A stretch of 64,000 nt of DNA, taken from contig OZ296648.1 in NCBI GenBank assembly GCA_965655095.1, positions 154,194,001-154,258,000 of the forward strand, written 5' to 3'. Origin of the DNA: Haplodiscus bocki. Taxonomy: Eukaryota. The translations under genes were made by a program, and so were the position numbers. The notes below the pieces were generated by a model. It did no database searches and was not told where the DNA came from. It saw nothing but the letters and a program-made list of their open reading frames with translations. This document shows, one piece after another, positions 23,770-37,389 of the stretch; the stretch's first letter is position 1; every line of letters begins with the position of its first letter.

Positions 23770-24285
23770 TTGATGACAAAGATGCTCGATCAACAACTAC
23801 CGCTCGGTACTGAGTTAATCAACCTGAAGGCAAACTGGAAATCTCAAGAGGCTTCATGCACCACAAATCTGATAGCCATATGTTCAACATATTTTGGACG
23901 TCACCCCCCAGAAGGCCATCTTTTGATCAAAACTATCTTGGGCAACAACGGAGACCCGATTCTGTTCCTTGGATGGCGAATAAAATTGCCCATAGAAACA
24001 TTTCAATTGACTGTGTTCACCGACACACTTGAGTGGAACAGGCTCGCAGTAGCATTGTCTGCATACGAAGAACCTCTCGTAGAGGAATTTTTGCACAAAA
24101 TTGATGCGCATGACGAAATCATTGAGTTTGTGCAGACCTACACAGAGGATTATCCCGACTGCAGACGACTCAAGAAACGAATCAAGACAACAGCCCCACC
24201 GCGTCAACATTTTGACGCAATTCATGACAGCCCCGCACAAAGATGGTCCAGCGAGAAATCTCCAAGGTATACCTGTAATTATTAG
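23770..24285 (+). CDS. ORF0 of unknown function between PBS and gag of Gypsy-2 (171 aa open; may start near 23556 with frameshift)
   Basis: Longest open frame in this element; globular-looking sequence; no recognised motif. Confidence 0.45.
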   Translation: MMTKMLDQQLPLGTELINLKANWKSQEASCTTNLIAICSTYFGRHPPEGHLLIKTILGNNGDPILFLGWRIKLPIETFQLTVFTDTLEWNRLAVALSAYEEPLVEEFLHKIDAHDEIIEFVQTYTEDYPDCRRLKKRIKTTAPPRQHFDAIHDSPAQRWSSEKSPRYTCNY

Positions 24286-24470
24286 TGAGTCAATCTCTCA
24301 TTGTTTTCACTTTTAGTTTCCTTCTTTCCCAACATCAAGTGCTGTAACTTTTACACTTCTGACATTTAATTTTCCTCCTGTCTTGCTTATCATAAAACTA
24401 GGAACGTCGCTTCATCTTTCTCCAAAATCTGTATTGTGACAAAAACTTTCGCTAAAAGTGTTCTTTGTTA

Positions 24471-25600
24471 ATGGCCGCATCGAACACAAAGGTGACTTTG
24501 GCAACATTTGGAGGAGAATCCGAAAACTGGCGTGATTTTGAGTGCCAACTCCGGAAATTAATACAAGTTGCAAATGTAGCTGAGGCGAACAGAGTAGGTT
24601 ATTTAAAGTTACAAAAAAAATCAAGTCAGTGCAATATTTTCACGAAAGAGATGCAACAACTCGTGGTAACTTATATTGATGTATAAATGCTGTGAAAACA
24701 CACCTTTTGTAATCTTACGGTTGTAGATAACTTTTTTATTAACTGAAAAACAACCATGAGACAGAGAATCAAAAAGCTTTTCTGGAAAAACTACAAATTT
24801 TGGCAAAAAGAGCATAACCACACGCAGAACCGCAACCGGTAGCGGCAGCGCGTGACGGAGCAGACACCGATACAGACCGTCTGGTAGCCAAAAATGCAGC
24901 AAATTATGAAAGTATCCGTTTTTCACAACCATAAATATTTCAGAATTCCAAAAGATTCCTTTTGATGGCACTGCCAAATTCCATAGGACAAAAAAATCAA
25001 GAACGGCAAGATGAAAAAACTTTGGGTGATTTATTTCTTTTCGCCCGTAGAGTGTTGTATCTGATTCAATTTTGTGAAGTCGATGATTGGAATTCAAACG
25101 CGTTCAATGAAGTGAATCAAGAAAATGACAATTTCTTGAAAGTGCCTACAAAATTGACAGACGCGCATGTACCAATGGAAGATAAAATGAACGCAATCAT
25201 CAAAAAAAGAGAAATAGAAGTATCATTATTTGAAGTACCAAACTCTAAGAGTGGAAATCATAGACAAAACTCAGGCCACCAAAAAGACAGACAGAAATTC
25301 TTTGGCGGACATCGGGGCAAATTTCCAGAAAACTCTTCTTGCGGGAACTTTTTCGGAAGAAGTTATTGCAAACTACGCCAGCAGCAATTTGGACCGAGAT
25401 TCCAGGCACCATAGGATAAATAAAGTTGTCAAAAGTGGGACCTTCAAAAACCCAGTCGTACCCATACTCAAGTATTAGTTATCCCGACATGTTTGAAAAC
25501 TATTAACCTAAAGACTATTGCTAAAAATATACCGTAGGCTTCAATAAGTTGCTTTGCATGCGGTGGTTCAAACCAGATAGTGCGCAATTGCCTCACTCGC
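24471..25600 (+). pseudogene. gag: Gypsy-2 gag
   Basis: TFGGESENWRDFECQLRKLIQVA...GYLKL capsid N-terminus; knuckle CFACGGSNQIVRNC at 25550-25591. Confidence 0.8.
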
Positions 25601-25999
25601 ACAATCAAATCGCAGCAATTTGGTGAATATCCGATTTCCAGAGAACGCACTAAATAAATACACCACCCCTCAAAAAACAGGTCAAACCCAAATCGTCATC
25701 ATCATCAATTTCATCGGACAGAAAAAAAATCGCACAAGAAACAGAAGCAAATCGACAAGCATCAGGAAAAAACATTAAATTACGAACATTTGAAACATTT
25801 AGTAAGTATAACAGAACTAACACTTCAAGGTGCACTCAAACATTTTGACCAAACACAAAATATTGACAAAAACCCCGAAAGTATAATTGCTTTTACTTCC
25901 GGTGACTTAGTTGCTGTATGCGTTTCCTACTGCAAAAACGGAGTAGAAACCCGAATACCACCAGAGTAATTTGACGAAGTTACTGCTAACATGCAACTA

Positions 26000-28900
26000 T
26001 CAACCGAAAATAATGTTAACTCCTTAGCAGCACTCATTCTTGTAGCGTTATGCGTTACTTTGAATTTCAGCTCCACGATTAAACGTCGCTCATTGGTCGA
26101 GAGAGTTGTTTGCGGTAGTTCTATTCTTGAGTGATTTTACAAGGAGAATTTGTCTAGCAACGACGTTGAAAACTCTCCAAGTAATTGGTGATTATCCTCT
26201 GAAACTTGACATTCATCAGTTTGAATTTTAGGGAAGTTTTTGCTTTTAGAACCTTGAATAGCAACATTTTATGAACATTTCTTCAGAAAGCGCCCGGTGA
26301 AAATCTTTCCGAGCAAAAATTTTCCAAAATTTCCTGACATGACACTTGAAATTAACGGAATCAAGGAAGAAGTAAGCTCTACTAGTGAAGTTCTCCAAAA
26401 AATGAAAGACGATGCCCGAACTACACGCAAAATTGCATTGAACCCAAACTTTTAGGAAGTAAATAGAATGAAAGTACTTGTGATTGAGAAATCTACAAGA
26501 TTAACTGGATTTTTATCACCAAAGATTGACTGTGAGTAAAAGACGAATTTTTGCTAGTCATCTTGTTTGACAACACCGAGTGAACAAATCGAGTTCCAAA
26601 ATGTTTTTAAATTTGACCCCAGACGTTATAACGGTACCAAAACAACAAGAAAAAAGATTTCACGTAACTTCCATCAATGAATCCGAGTAACTGATGGCGA
26701 GACCATCAGAAATGCTAATACTAGACAAAACAATGCCGGGTAAAGTTTTCAATCAATTTGATCAACCAGTACAAATCGAAGAACAAACAAAAAAAATGCC
26801 ATCATAAAAAACTAAAACCTGATTACAACGCTTAATGGTTCCAAACGCCAGAAACAAGTGATAACACTGAAAAACTAACACAAATAGACCTAAAATATTA
26901 TGAGGAAACCAACAAATTTCAATTTTCAACAGCTGGATTTAGAAAACCCAAAGACAAATCACGACGACAGGAAAAGAAGTTCTCAGTCAAATCAAATGGA
27001 AGAACTCAAAACTGAGGCGGAAATAATAATCGAAATTTGAACAAGCTTTAATCCAATTTGAACTTTTTGTTGATCGCCATCGCTTTGATGTTGTATATAA
27101 TGGAGGACTTTAAAAATTGACCCCAGAACATTCTGGTCCAGTCTAAATATAAAACCCGTTAATACCAATTCAATTCATTTGCGTGTTTAAATGATTGTTG
27201 AATTAGCAGTTTTGGACAACTATGGAATTATCACGGCACTCAGAAACTCTAAAACGAGTAGTCCAATTTTTGCTCCAAAAAAACGTTCAGAAAAACCTCA
27301 ATTTTTGCATGATGTAGGCTGAAAAAATAGCTGTCTCAGAGATGAATATGCGAACCATATCTTCTGAATCTCCAACATGACGGACGCTGTTAATCGTTTT
27401 GCAGGGAAGCATTTTTTCACGCAACGTGAATATTCCGACGCCCAGCACCGTGTTCAAATGGTTGGCACTCTTTCCGCGCAACTTCTAGCATACAACTTTG
27501 CACCACGTGCTTACGCATACCAAGTTTCAGCACAAGGATTGAGCACATCAGCGACAAGTTTTAGCGCGTTTTTCGGAAAACATCTTGATTCTTGAGTGAC
27601 AGTCAACTTCTGCACCCAGTTCATGAATGATTTTAGAAATGGTGATGAAACATTTGAAGAACTTAAATGAAATCTTCAGAAATGTTTCGCATTCATCAGA
27701 AACTCCAGATTCGAACCATGACCCAAAAAATGTTGTTTTTTCGCAAATCACAACTTTCTTTCCTCGGAGACACCATGACAACACTCGGACTATGACCAGA
27801 AAAAGAGAAGGTCGTGAAATTTTGAACACTATGAAAATACCACAAACAGATAAACAGGGGAAACAATTGATAGGTTTCACACAGTTTTTGTGAATATTTT
27901 TCCTTAATTTGATCGGAAAGCCTTCATTTTTCTACAAATTTTTCCTCGGAGACTTCAAAATCAGAATTGAGAAGGAAGAACTAGACAATTTCATAAGAGT
28001 CAAGGACAACGTTGTAACCATAACAACGACAACTTTGAGGCTTGCATAACCAAACCACCATTACTTTGTCCTCCGTGATGCTAGTTATCAGTCAACTGTT
28101 TCGGTTTTGATGATTGAAGCCTACTTAGAAAAGCCTAATGGCAAAAGAACGAAAAATTTGGCACCAGTTTCATTTGGATCGAAAGCTTTCAATATTTGCA
28201 ATTCAAAATGCTAATTAATTATGAAAAGTTCCTCGCTCTGTAGTTTGCAAGAAACACCTTTGGACGTTTCATTTGAGGATTCGACAAACCAGTCGTTGCA
28301 TTGACTGACAAAAAATGACTTCGTTTTTTGATACAAAAGAAATCCACCCCATCTTTAAGGAACTTCCTCAACCGAATTTTAGTTTACAATATAATTCTTC
28401 TAGCACATGTACTTGACCGTGAAAATGCAGCAACCAATTTTTTATCCCTACTGGAACCGGATCCAAGATCAACTATATAGCTCGGTTTGACCAAATCGAT
28501 TCCAACTCGGAACATCAGAGTCTCCATGAAACTATAAATCGCGGACATCACAACTGAAGTTTTTCAATTAAGTGAAGCAAGTGATTCATTCATCAGACGC
28601 ATTCAAAAGGAATACAGAAAACTATCAAACAGTGTACCCCAACTTAACAACAAATGTCCAGAGATGGCGAACTATTTGAAGTTGAATGAGCTCACACCAC
28701 AGTACGAGTTTACCAAATTGATTAGAGCTGAAATGAGTGAATTTCACCAGGACGATATTCTTATTTCTTTTGACTTCATGGGAGAAAACGGACAACTAAA
28801 CCTCCAAAAAGAAAGGTCTAAAAATCCGATGATTCGTCGAGTTCCACGATGGCTTGAGGATCAGCTGAGGAAAACAAAACATATGCAGATCATGACTTAC

Positions 28901-30820
28901 GGAAATACGCAAAACACAGAACCAGATTGACACTTAAAAACGGTGTCCATTATCGGCAGTTTTTCAGCATTGTAGGTGAAGTGTCTTTTTGTAGGTGAAG
29001 TGTTTGTGAGCTCTTAAACGCTTGCGACAAAGAATCTTAACCAGAATTCATAAATCAGAGTTGAGTAGACACCTCGGCTAAAACAAAACGTTCACAGAAT
29101 TTTGTTTACGGTTTTGTTTTCTTGTCTTTACTGAAGATCTTCTGAAAAAAGTGAGAAACTGTTCAACTTGTCTCCGAACAAAACTTGCTGAAGCTAGCAG
29201 TTTAAGACTCTCAAAGGAGGCATTTGCATCTGAGCAAGCATTTCAAAGAAAAATGTTGCAAATGGATTTGGTTGGACAACTCAGCTCACCTGTTTCAAAA
29301 TACGCCTTGTCTGCCATGGATTTTTCTCCAGATAACTGTTTGCAGTTCCACTTTACAGTAATAAAGCTGAAAACGTAGCAAAAGCATTGGTTTTAGTTTT
29401 TCTTAAGCACCGCTACGTTTCACAAACAAGTTTTACTGATTTAAGCACAGCTTTCACATCTAAACTAATGCACGAATTGACTAAATTTCTCCAATAATCG
29501 ATTGAAACCCGCTTCATTGAAGTAACCACAAACAATTGGAGCTTTCGAGCGAGCACGTAGTGCATTTAAACGCTTTCTGAAAATCCGAACGTCAGCTGCA
29601 TGGTCAAATGGGTTTATGTACGTAGACTTTGCAATCTTTGTTCATAAGGCGTTTTTTCAAGGTTTAATTGGCAAAACGTCGAGTTCTATATCTATTCATT
29701 GTCAATCATTGGAACCAATTGATCCGCTTTTTGATGGAAACCTCGTTACGTTAGAAAGAGAAGTGAATATTTCAGTGACTTGCAGGATAAATTAATGACA
29801 CAGTTAGAGCAAAAACATCTCGAAGCGTCAACTCATATTGAAAGTACGGCAGATAATATCAACAAAACGTCGAGGCACAACTCCACAAAAGACACAGTTA
29901 CTGCCTGCTGCCTGCTTCTCAACCCTCTTCTAAGGGATCAATCGTCAAGTATTTCAAAAAACGTCCAAACGTGGTTAACTCTCTACAGTATCGAAAAAAC
30001 TCTCACAAAATTGAGCCACCTAATCAGAAAAACAGGATGGAATTACACCCAATGTGTACATAGATTCAGTTCTCAAACCCTCCAACCAAAATACAAAATT
30101 GATGATGTTCCGAGTCCTGACCCGAGTCTCTTCTAACCTGATCCTCCGGTAACTCCATACCGAAGTGAACCAGCCGTTTTCGACAGATCACTTACCGACA
30201 TGTTAGAATCAGGACAGTCCATGGAAAGCGATTAGGAAGTATCTAAACCACCTCACGGAGAACTAACAACAGTTTTGACCTTGCCCATGGTCCAACCTGT
30301 GGAGACAGACCACTCTAAAGTCGGTGGAAGACCGACAAATGCAACACGATTGATGGAAGATGACACATCTGTTTAAAATTAAGCGCGATTCTTTAAAAAC
30401 CCAGATAGCGACGAACGAACCAGAACTACTAATGTTTTACCAGTGATCTGAAAACTACCAGACCGCCAAGTACGTATCCACCCGCACATGCCTTCGCCTT
30501 TATGAACAACAGTGTCACACACAAAATCCTTGATTTCCGAGAACGACGTAGAAGCTCGATGTTTGGGTGTTGAAACTCGTTCTGCTAGACGTACTCGAAT
30601 TGATGAAAGAAATGTAGCCAACCGCGCAAAACTGCCCAGACTCGAAGACAATCAAACAGATAAAAAATCACAACTTCAGAAAGGGAGCTCAACTAAATCA
30701 AAAGTTCCAGTTTCAATCCATGAGACAGCTTCACAAACCAACGGCGAACCGAAAAACTATTTCCAATTGACAAACGAGGGAGCACAAGCTAACTATCTTA
30801 CGTTCAACACACACATATCT
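26000..30820 (+). pseudogene. pol: Gypsy-2 pol (PR, RT, RNase H, integrase)
   Basis: RT SSPIFAPK..., MTDAVNRFAGKHFF...AQGLS..., CTQFMND (27611-27631); RH LRDASY...APVSFGSK (~28070-28185); IN CSTCLRTK, MLQMDLVG, TDLSTAFTS, GAFERA (29150-29560). Confidence 0.9.
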
Positions 30821-30824
30821 CCAT

Positions 30825-31250
30825 TAAACATACATCGTTTTAAAGGCGACTTACTTCAATATCAAAACAGCATTGCTCATTGTGTTACCGCTGTTCTCCG
30901 AATGGGAAAAAGTATTGCTTAATGAATCGTTCAAAAATTTTTCCACGTTTTCTCAGTTAACATTTAGCATCTACACATCCTTACCGGTGTCAGTTTTGAG
31001 TTATTTATGACGAACGAACGGGAGTATGGATTTATAACTTGGCAACTAACCACCACACGCATATTAGACTAAAATATCATCATGTCCGACAAGGTTTGAT
31101 AAATTTACGTGCACACATTGCAAAAAACCAACTGCAGAGCGTCTGCCTACCATGCATTGCTTGTAACCTAGCCAACTGCACTGGCCCACAAATTTGACTC
31201 TACATACTGATGTGTTGGCACACTAACATGGTTGTCCAAGTTAGCTTGTA
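30825..31250 (+). pseudogene. Macrodomain (TARG1/OARD1/Poa1p-like) at the end of Gypsy-2 pol
   Basis: IHRFKGDLLQYQNSIAHCVTAVLRMGKSIA ... IYNLATNP ... LINLRAHIAKNQLQSVCLPCIACNL matches the TARG1-type KGDLF / LAHCVSxDxxMGxGIA / IYxLxTK / LAMPxIGCGLD pattern. Confidence 0.8.
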
Positions 31251-32699
31251 AAAATGACTTTTGCATTAAAGCAAAATGTCACATAAACACAGATACTTTG
31301 ACTGAAACAAAAACTACGCTGAATTTCCCAATCCACTCACTTACCGCACAATCTTCCAAGATGTTGTCACTCGGAAATTACTTCAATTCCTCAGTCAGTG
31401 TCAGATGAGAGAACAGAAGACACCAACTCACACAAACGACTTATTCTCTGAAGAGGAGCCTCGGAGACAACACTCTCCTAAGTTGGAGATTAATTTAAAA
31501 TAGTTTTACTTTGATGAAATTGACGTCAATCCTATGGGCGTATTGGCACCACGCGAGTGCACCGGGACCTTGAGCAACAACTTAAAAATTAGACAGCAGA
31601 AAACTGATGAAGTGGGTTGGATTGAATTCTTCCAGTTCCTACGGCTGCATCATGACGTCTTTCTTTTCCCGATGGTTGGCAAATACTCAATCCGCATTGG
31701 GTTGAGCCACCTACAGTTCAAGCACCATAGCCGTTGACAAAGCTTAATGTATTCACCAACAACATCACTGCAGAAGTCATAGTCATCACTGAAAAGCCAA
31801 ACAACTTTGACAACACTGCCTTTGACAAAACTTTGAATTAACTAGTACCTCGGTGTGAACAAATGACGTACTGAAAAAACCATGATTCACCTCACCATTT
31901 TTTCAGACGAATGTATCACCAAGCAAGTAAAAAAACAACAGAAAAATTACCGGAAAAGCCACGTAGTGGCTCCACAGAGCTTCTAAAACACCACTAAAGC
32001 CTCAAAAACAAAAGATAAAAATATTTTTTCAAAGAGAAAACTTATCCAAAAGTACAACACTGCAAAATGTTTTTCAAGTCCCAGAAAACTAACTTTGACC
32101 TAGTGTTCGAAAAACATGGTATCCAGAAAACTTTTCAATACTCTGACCGCTACGTAGTTGCTTTTTTCAGTGCTTTAGAACAATCCTTAATGAGCGTTCA
32201 ATTCAATTTTTCCAAGAAACTCATGTCACTGCAAAAAGTCTGTCAAAAGTCATTTTCTCGTACAAAACATAATGTTTCACACTTCCCTCGGAACAAAGCC
32301 GCTATCGAGCAATCTCTTTATAAGCAATTAGTTATCATTAGACACCAATCCCACAAAATTTGTGCCTTGCGTTTAACAAAATTCAACTTTGTTTCTCAAA
32401 AAAACAATCTCGTGAACTGAATCATTCAAACCTCCGGAAACTAAGAACAACGCTTTGGTTGTTCAAGCCAATCAACGCAAAAATTGTATCGAACAGAGCA
32501 TTGGTGCACCCTTCTGAAATTCAAAGGTGCTGAGTAACCGAACCTAGGAGGATTCTACACATTTTCTTGCACGGCATAAGCAAAGAAAAAAATTTTTGTT
32601 GCGAAGAGCGAACTGAATTTTTTTCGTTAAAAATATCAGCTCTTGAAAAATCGTCATTGAGCAAACATCTCATTTACCCTCAGCCCTGCCTTGCCTCCG

Positions 32700-35600
32700 C
32701 AATCTATAGCTTGATATACACTTGCCATTGAAATTCAACTTTTTTCCCAATTATTGCATCAAGAATTTCAATGACGTCGCGCTCAAACCGAGATTGCTCC
32801 AAAACGGAAAAACGTTTTCCGGTCCCGTTTCCCCGTTGCATATTCAGGAAGCCCTCTTTTTCGACACTCGGAACCTTTGACACAAAAATCACGCTCATGA
32901 GTGTCTTGATGATCAGCAAGTGTTGGACTGACATTAACTTGATTACACAAATCAATAAAAAACTAAAAAAACTCCCTTGAGGCATAAATCCAAACACCAA
33001 TGGCAGTACCTTAGACCCAGTCTTGGGATTACATCTTGAAACACCTCATACCCCATTCTCTGATGCATTGCTTCCGCCTTGACATTTTGAACTACTAAGT
33101 TTTACGCCTGCTCTTCACATCGAATTGCTCTCTTTATTTCTTTTCTTTTACATCTGCTGCCACCTCCTGATCAGTCTTTTGTTTCGGTGTGTCCACTACC
33201 ATCAAACATTTTTCTAGGGCGGCCTTTACTCTCGGCATCTTACACCGAGAATATCGCTTTTTCGAACTCTGGTCGCTTTTGAGGCGGTGTCATGCTATTG
33301 AAGTGACGCTCACTCAAGGCCTTCAACAGGGCATTTGCTTCCGATTTAATGCCTCGTTCATCTTTTTCAACGATATCCATCATTTGATGTGGAACAAACT
33401 TTTCGACATTGATCTCGCACGCCGAGAACAAATTCATTTTGTATAGTACCTTGTTACTTGTGGACACCTGTCGGCATCGACTGGATAATTTGTCTCCCAT
33501 CCCGTAACCCATGAGGCACCCGAAGTGAGATTCAGCACAATATGGCTTGATAGTCCAGGTTGGACGAGGACAGTGTCAGCATCAGGTAACAACGCCCTAA
33601 TTTGCCCTTTTTCGCTTTTTCTCGGGCTTTCCCGATTCTCTTGACAAGTTCATTCACATTCCGAGTTGTTTGGAATAACGCAACAGAATAGTTCCTCTTT
33701 CATTAACTAAGAGGAAATTGTTTCCAGCGACGGTTATGAAAATTGAGTCATCTCCCGCCTCCTCAATGTGTCCTTTTGTATACCATCTTCCGAGAGTCAG
33801 ACTAGCAACAGTCGACTGCAAACACAAACCGGATGGCAGCTCGTAATCTACGAGCCAATTTATCGTCAAATTGAAGGGACGTGACGATCCAAAGTAGAAA
33901 TGACGTTTGAACTTCGACAGTTGCCGCGTTGATTTTTCTCACGTGAACTTCCGAAACAGGCTTCCTACTTTTCGCTGTTTATTAAATTTTTCCACTTCGT
34001 CCAGAAAGGCTGATTGCTTTTTAAATACACACTGGTTTTTCAGCGCAATCGTTTCGAGATCCAATTCATCTCCAGCATCCTCCCATAGCCATTGCGAACT
34101 GCCCGATTCACTATGGCGTCCCACGGCTGAAAACCGGCTCAGTCCATCTCTGTCACCAAGTCGCATGCCCTCGACTCCACGAACTCTCGTGTCGCTTTCT
34201 TTATGAACTCTTCCACTCCCGGCTCCCTGAATGTTTGAAAAATAACATCTCGATGACCTTAGTGTCCAAAATTCAGCAGAACTGTGGAGCGGTAGTAAGA
34301 TTTTGTCAAACAGAAACATTCACTTCTCTCATGCTGATTGAAAGGTAGCATTTGAAATCACGAAAACAATATCAATCATAATCTGAGACAATTGCACTTC
34401 GATCTAAATCAAAGTAATCACTCAAAAGCGTAAATCATTAATAAAACAGTAAACTTCTGCATTAGGGGCTGCGGCTCTCTGGTAACAGCGTCGGCCACTG
34501 CCCAAAGTTAAAAATTGTGTCCAGAACCATGGACGCTCCGAACGAACTTCATTGTAATAAAATTTGAAAAGATACACTAGAATTCCAGAGCAATTTACAG
34601 AAAATTGATTGGAAAACAACTCTATATCTCTCGAAGCTGTGATTTATCTAGGATAACGCTACCACAACAATAACTGGATTTTTGAGATTTCAGAGGTGAA
34701 TAAACTGCAGGGGCTCGTTTGTATGGTCGATTTTTCAATAGATGGTGTCACATAAACAGTTCTGGTACCTGTCACTCCCTGTATATATACCCCTTGCCAA
34801 AATCAGAACGCAGGGTCAAACAAAAATTTAATTTCCGAAGGAGACAATCTACGGAGTCAGAAACTGTTCGGTGGGAACACCTCAGTTCAGAAATGGGCTC
34901 ATAGTATTCTTTTTTTGAAAAGAACCCTGATTTATGACGCTACATTGATGTTGTATTTTAACATTTTATCTTGAAGTATTTTAAGTCTGCTAAACGTCGA
35001 ATTCAAATGTAGGAGTCGCCAGCTTGCAAGTCTTTGAAACATCGCTTTCTTTTTGTTCAACAAAGTTTTCTCGCGCCTTTCAGCCCGTTTGTTTCCTGCT
35101 CTTCGGAATGGAGGTGTCAGTTTTCTTGAGGCTGTGGTCACTTGGTTGGTTGGGGGAGCGTCGATTGATGTTGAATAGCAACTTGGGTGTTCCTCGGGAC
35201 TTCCGTGTCCACGTATGTTGAGCTCAGGAGGACAATCTTACTTCACAGCTTCTGCAATTAGCAAATAACGGAGAGATCCAACATCAAACGTTTTTGAAAA
35301 GTTTTGAGAGTCAGTCCCTGAGGAGCGCGGTTTTGATTGTTGGTTTCAGCATTTTAGTACTTCAGTCAGATAGGCAATCACATCGTTCTTCAGTCTTGTT
35401 TTTTTGAAACTTTCCGAGTCCCGTTGGGAAGAACTTAGTCTTCCTTTTGCCGGTTTAGATTTTGAAAGTCGTGGTTTAAACATCTTTTCCAGTCAGACCT
35501 TCAAAAACTTCTGTTCCATCTCAATTCTTTTTTCTTCACAAACTTCATGTAACTAAAAACAAGTGGTGTAGCGCCGAGGTTATCCGCTAGACATAAGATG

Positions 35601-36645
35601 GAGCCAAGAATATGTTTTGCACACTAATATATTGCTTAATTGCTCTAAAGGCATTGACCCGCCGGAGGTGAATTTACGTCTTTCATTTTGGTTAATCATC
35701 AGTGTCTTCACTTCGTGTTCTGGATTGGGTTCAAATTTCTTTCAACAATTTTTAGACACCCCATAAATATAGGGAAGTTCGTTTGTTCTGCTTTACCTGT
35801 CTCCCCTACCAGTATTTTTTGTGTTGAGGACATTATGTCAGTCTTATGAAAATTGACTTTATCCTATCGGCAGGCAAACTGCTTCGGCAAAGTCCTGCAG
35901 TAGAGTAGCAGCTGTTGCAACGGACTTGTAATGGAGTTGCAAAATGGAGCTCCGAAGTTCTGTCTCACGTTTTCGGCGAAGTGTTATCTGTAGTGTGGCA
36001 GGCCGACGTAATTAGTAGAAGAGGGGATGAAAATAGTTGTTCCGTGTTAGCCGTCACTCGATCTTCCGAGCAATTTTGTCTCCCGATGGACGAATGGAAG
36101 GTTTGAAAGAAATACTTGTAGGTTCCTGGTTTATGTCGAGTATCCGCCACTCAACTTTCCGCAAATTGAATGGGCCAACTTACGATTGTTAGCGAAGGAT
36201 TGAGTTGTCTTGTTGAGCTTAAATTTATTTGGCCATGTCGACTACGTTCTTGAGTTTCGTTAAATTACATTTTTACTATATTGTCAGAAAACCAGAATTG
36301 TTTGGTATCTAATTCTCCATTTTGAATTCAAGCTTGTCAATAACGTAGTGATCAACAAAACTTCTAGTGAATTTTTTCAGAACAAACTTTTTCTTCAAAA
36401 CTGCGGTATAAAGTACATTGACCTATGTTTCTGTCGTGAAAATGGTTTATATCTCCAGAATGTAATGTGGAATTACTTTTTGCGTACCCGTGGTCCGGGT
36501 CAGTGTTTTATTCCGGTAAAATCGAGAGCGATTTAAGCCTAGGTAGGATAGAAGATTCTAACACTCTGCCCAGCGAAAACTCTCAGAAAATATCTCTACT
36601 AGCAGTTCAAAGGGAATGTTTATGGGTAGGGTTTTTAGGCTATTT
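32700..36645 (-). other. Unclassified decayed coding-like region (continues at 51863-53671 and 55361-~57200)
   Basis: Minus ORF fragments 32704-33000, 33240-33512, 33654-33869, 33939-34319, 34932-35141, 35965-36150; flanks rejoin across the Polinton-2 and solo-LTR TSDs; no motif recognised. Confidence 0.3.
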
Positions 36646-36710
36646 AGTAGTAAGGAAAACGGCCAGTCTTTCAACGGGAGATCCTTGTTTCAAAATTGGA
36701 GGACCCTCCT
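36646..36710 (+). repeat. Left TIR of Polinton-2
   Basis: Reverse complement of 51786-51856 (shared TAAGGAAAACGGCC, CTTTC.ACGGG, TTGTTTCAAA.TT..AGGACCC). Confidence 0.85.
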
Positions 36711-37389
36711 TAGGAGTCCTCCAATTTTGAAGCAACGACCTACCCTCATTGAAAAGCCGGCCGTCCACTTTTCTTAGGAACCCTCCCTAAAACGACAGTC
36801 CCGTAAAATCCGGTCCAGTAATGCCGAGTGCCGCTCAGGTTTCGAAAATCATAACAGATGGTCTGTATCTTGTGATTGCAAGTCGTCCGGTTGAATTAAT
36901 TCGTCGCCTCTCATTCGTGTCGCGCGAAGCACAACATAAAAAGTTATTTCGACAATGCGGTGGACTCCAAAACAACGGAATCAAAGGAAATAGACGTAAT
37001 CAAAGTGCAACAAATTTTTCATCGACTTTCCAATGATAAAATTGACGATTTTGATGTCTACAGAAAATAAGTTTTGAGCTTTTGTTTGAATTACGTGAGG
37101 AATACTACTCTGAACGTAACACTAGAGCAACTGCGAAGCTTGTTCAAAGAACAGCCAAAAATCAAATGTGGATTATTTTCCAAGCATAGTAAAAGTTAGA
37201 AACTACTTGTGCCTGTTATTGTAGATCAACTTTATTTGGAAATTTCTGCGACAAAGAAGACTGTTTAGACACCAGAAAAAAGTTTGAAAGATTTTGGTCA
37301 TTTTCAGTTTGTCCTCTTGGCAGTATTTTGCGGTTGAATTTGTCACCCTAAGCACACTGGCTGAATGAGTTGGAATGTTGACCGAAAAG

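Larger units (their letters stand above)
23193..32540 (+). mobile_element. Ty3/Gypsy LTR retrotransposon (Gypsy-2), degenerate, 3' end not resolved
   Basis: Candidate LTR + PBS, ORF0, gag with CCHC knuckle, PR-RT-RH-IN on the plus strand, macrodomain; no 3' LTR found. Confidence 0.85.

Noticed and set aside
28971-29003. 14-bp direct repeat TGTAGGTGAAGTGT
   Set aside because: Local slippage duplication inside dead pol; no functional implication.
32500-32600. Possible 3' LTR of Gypsy-2 (shares TAGGAGG and TGAAATTCAA with 23193-23260)
   Set aside because: Matches are short and not collinear; no PPT or TSD.
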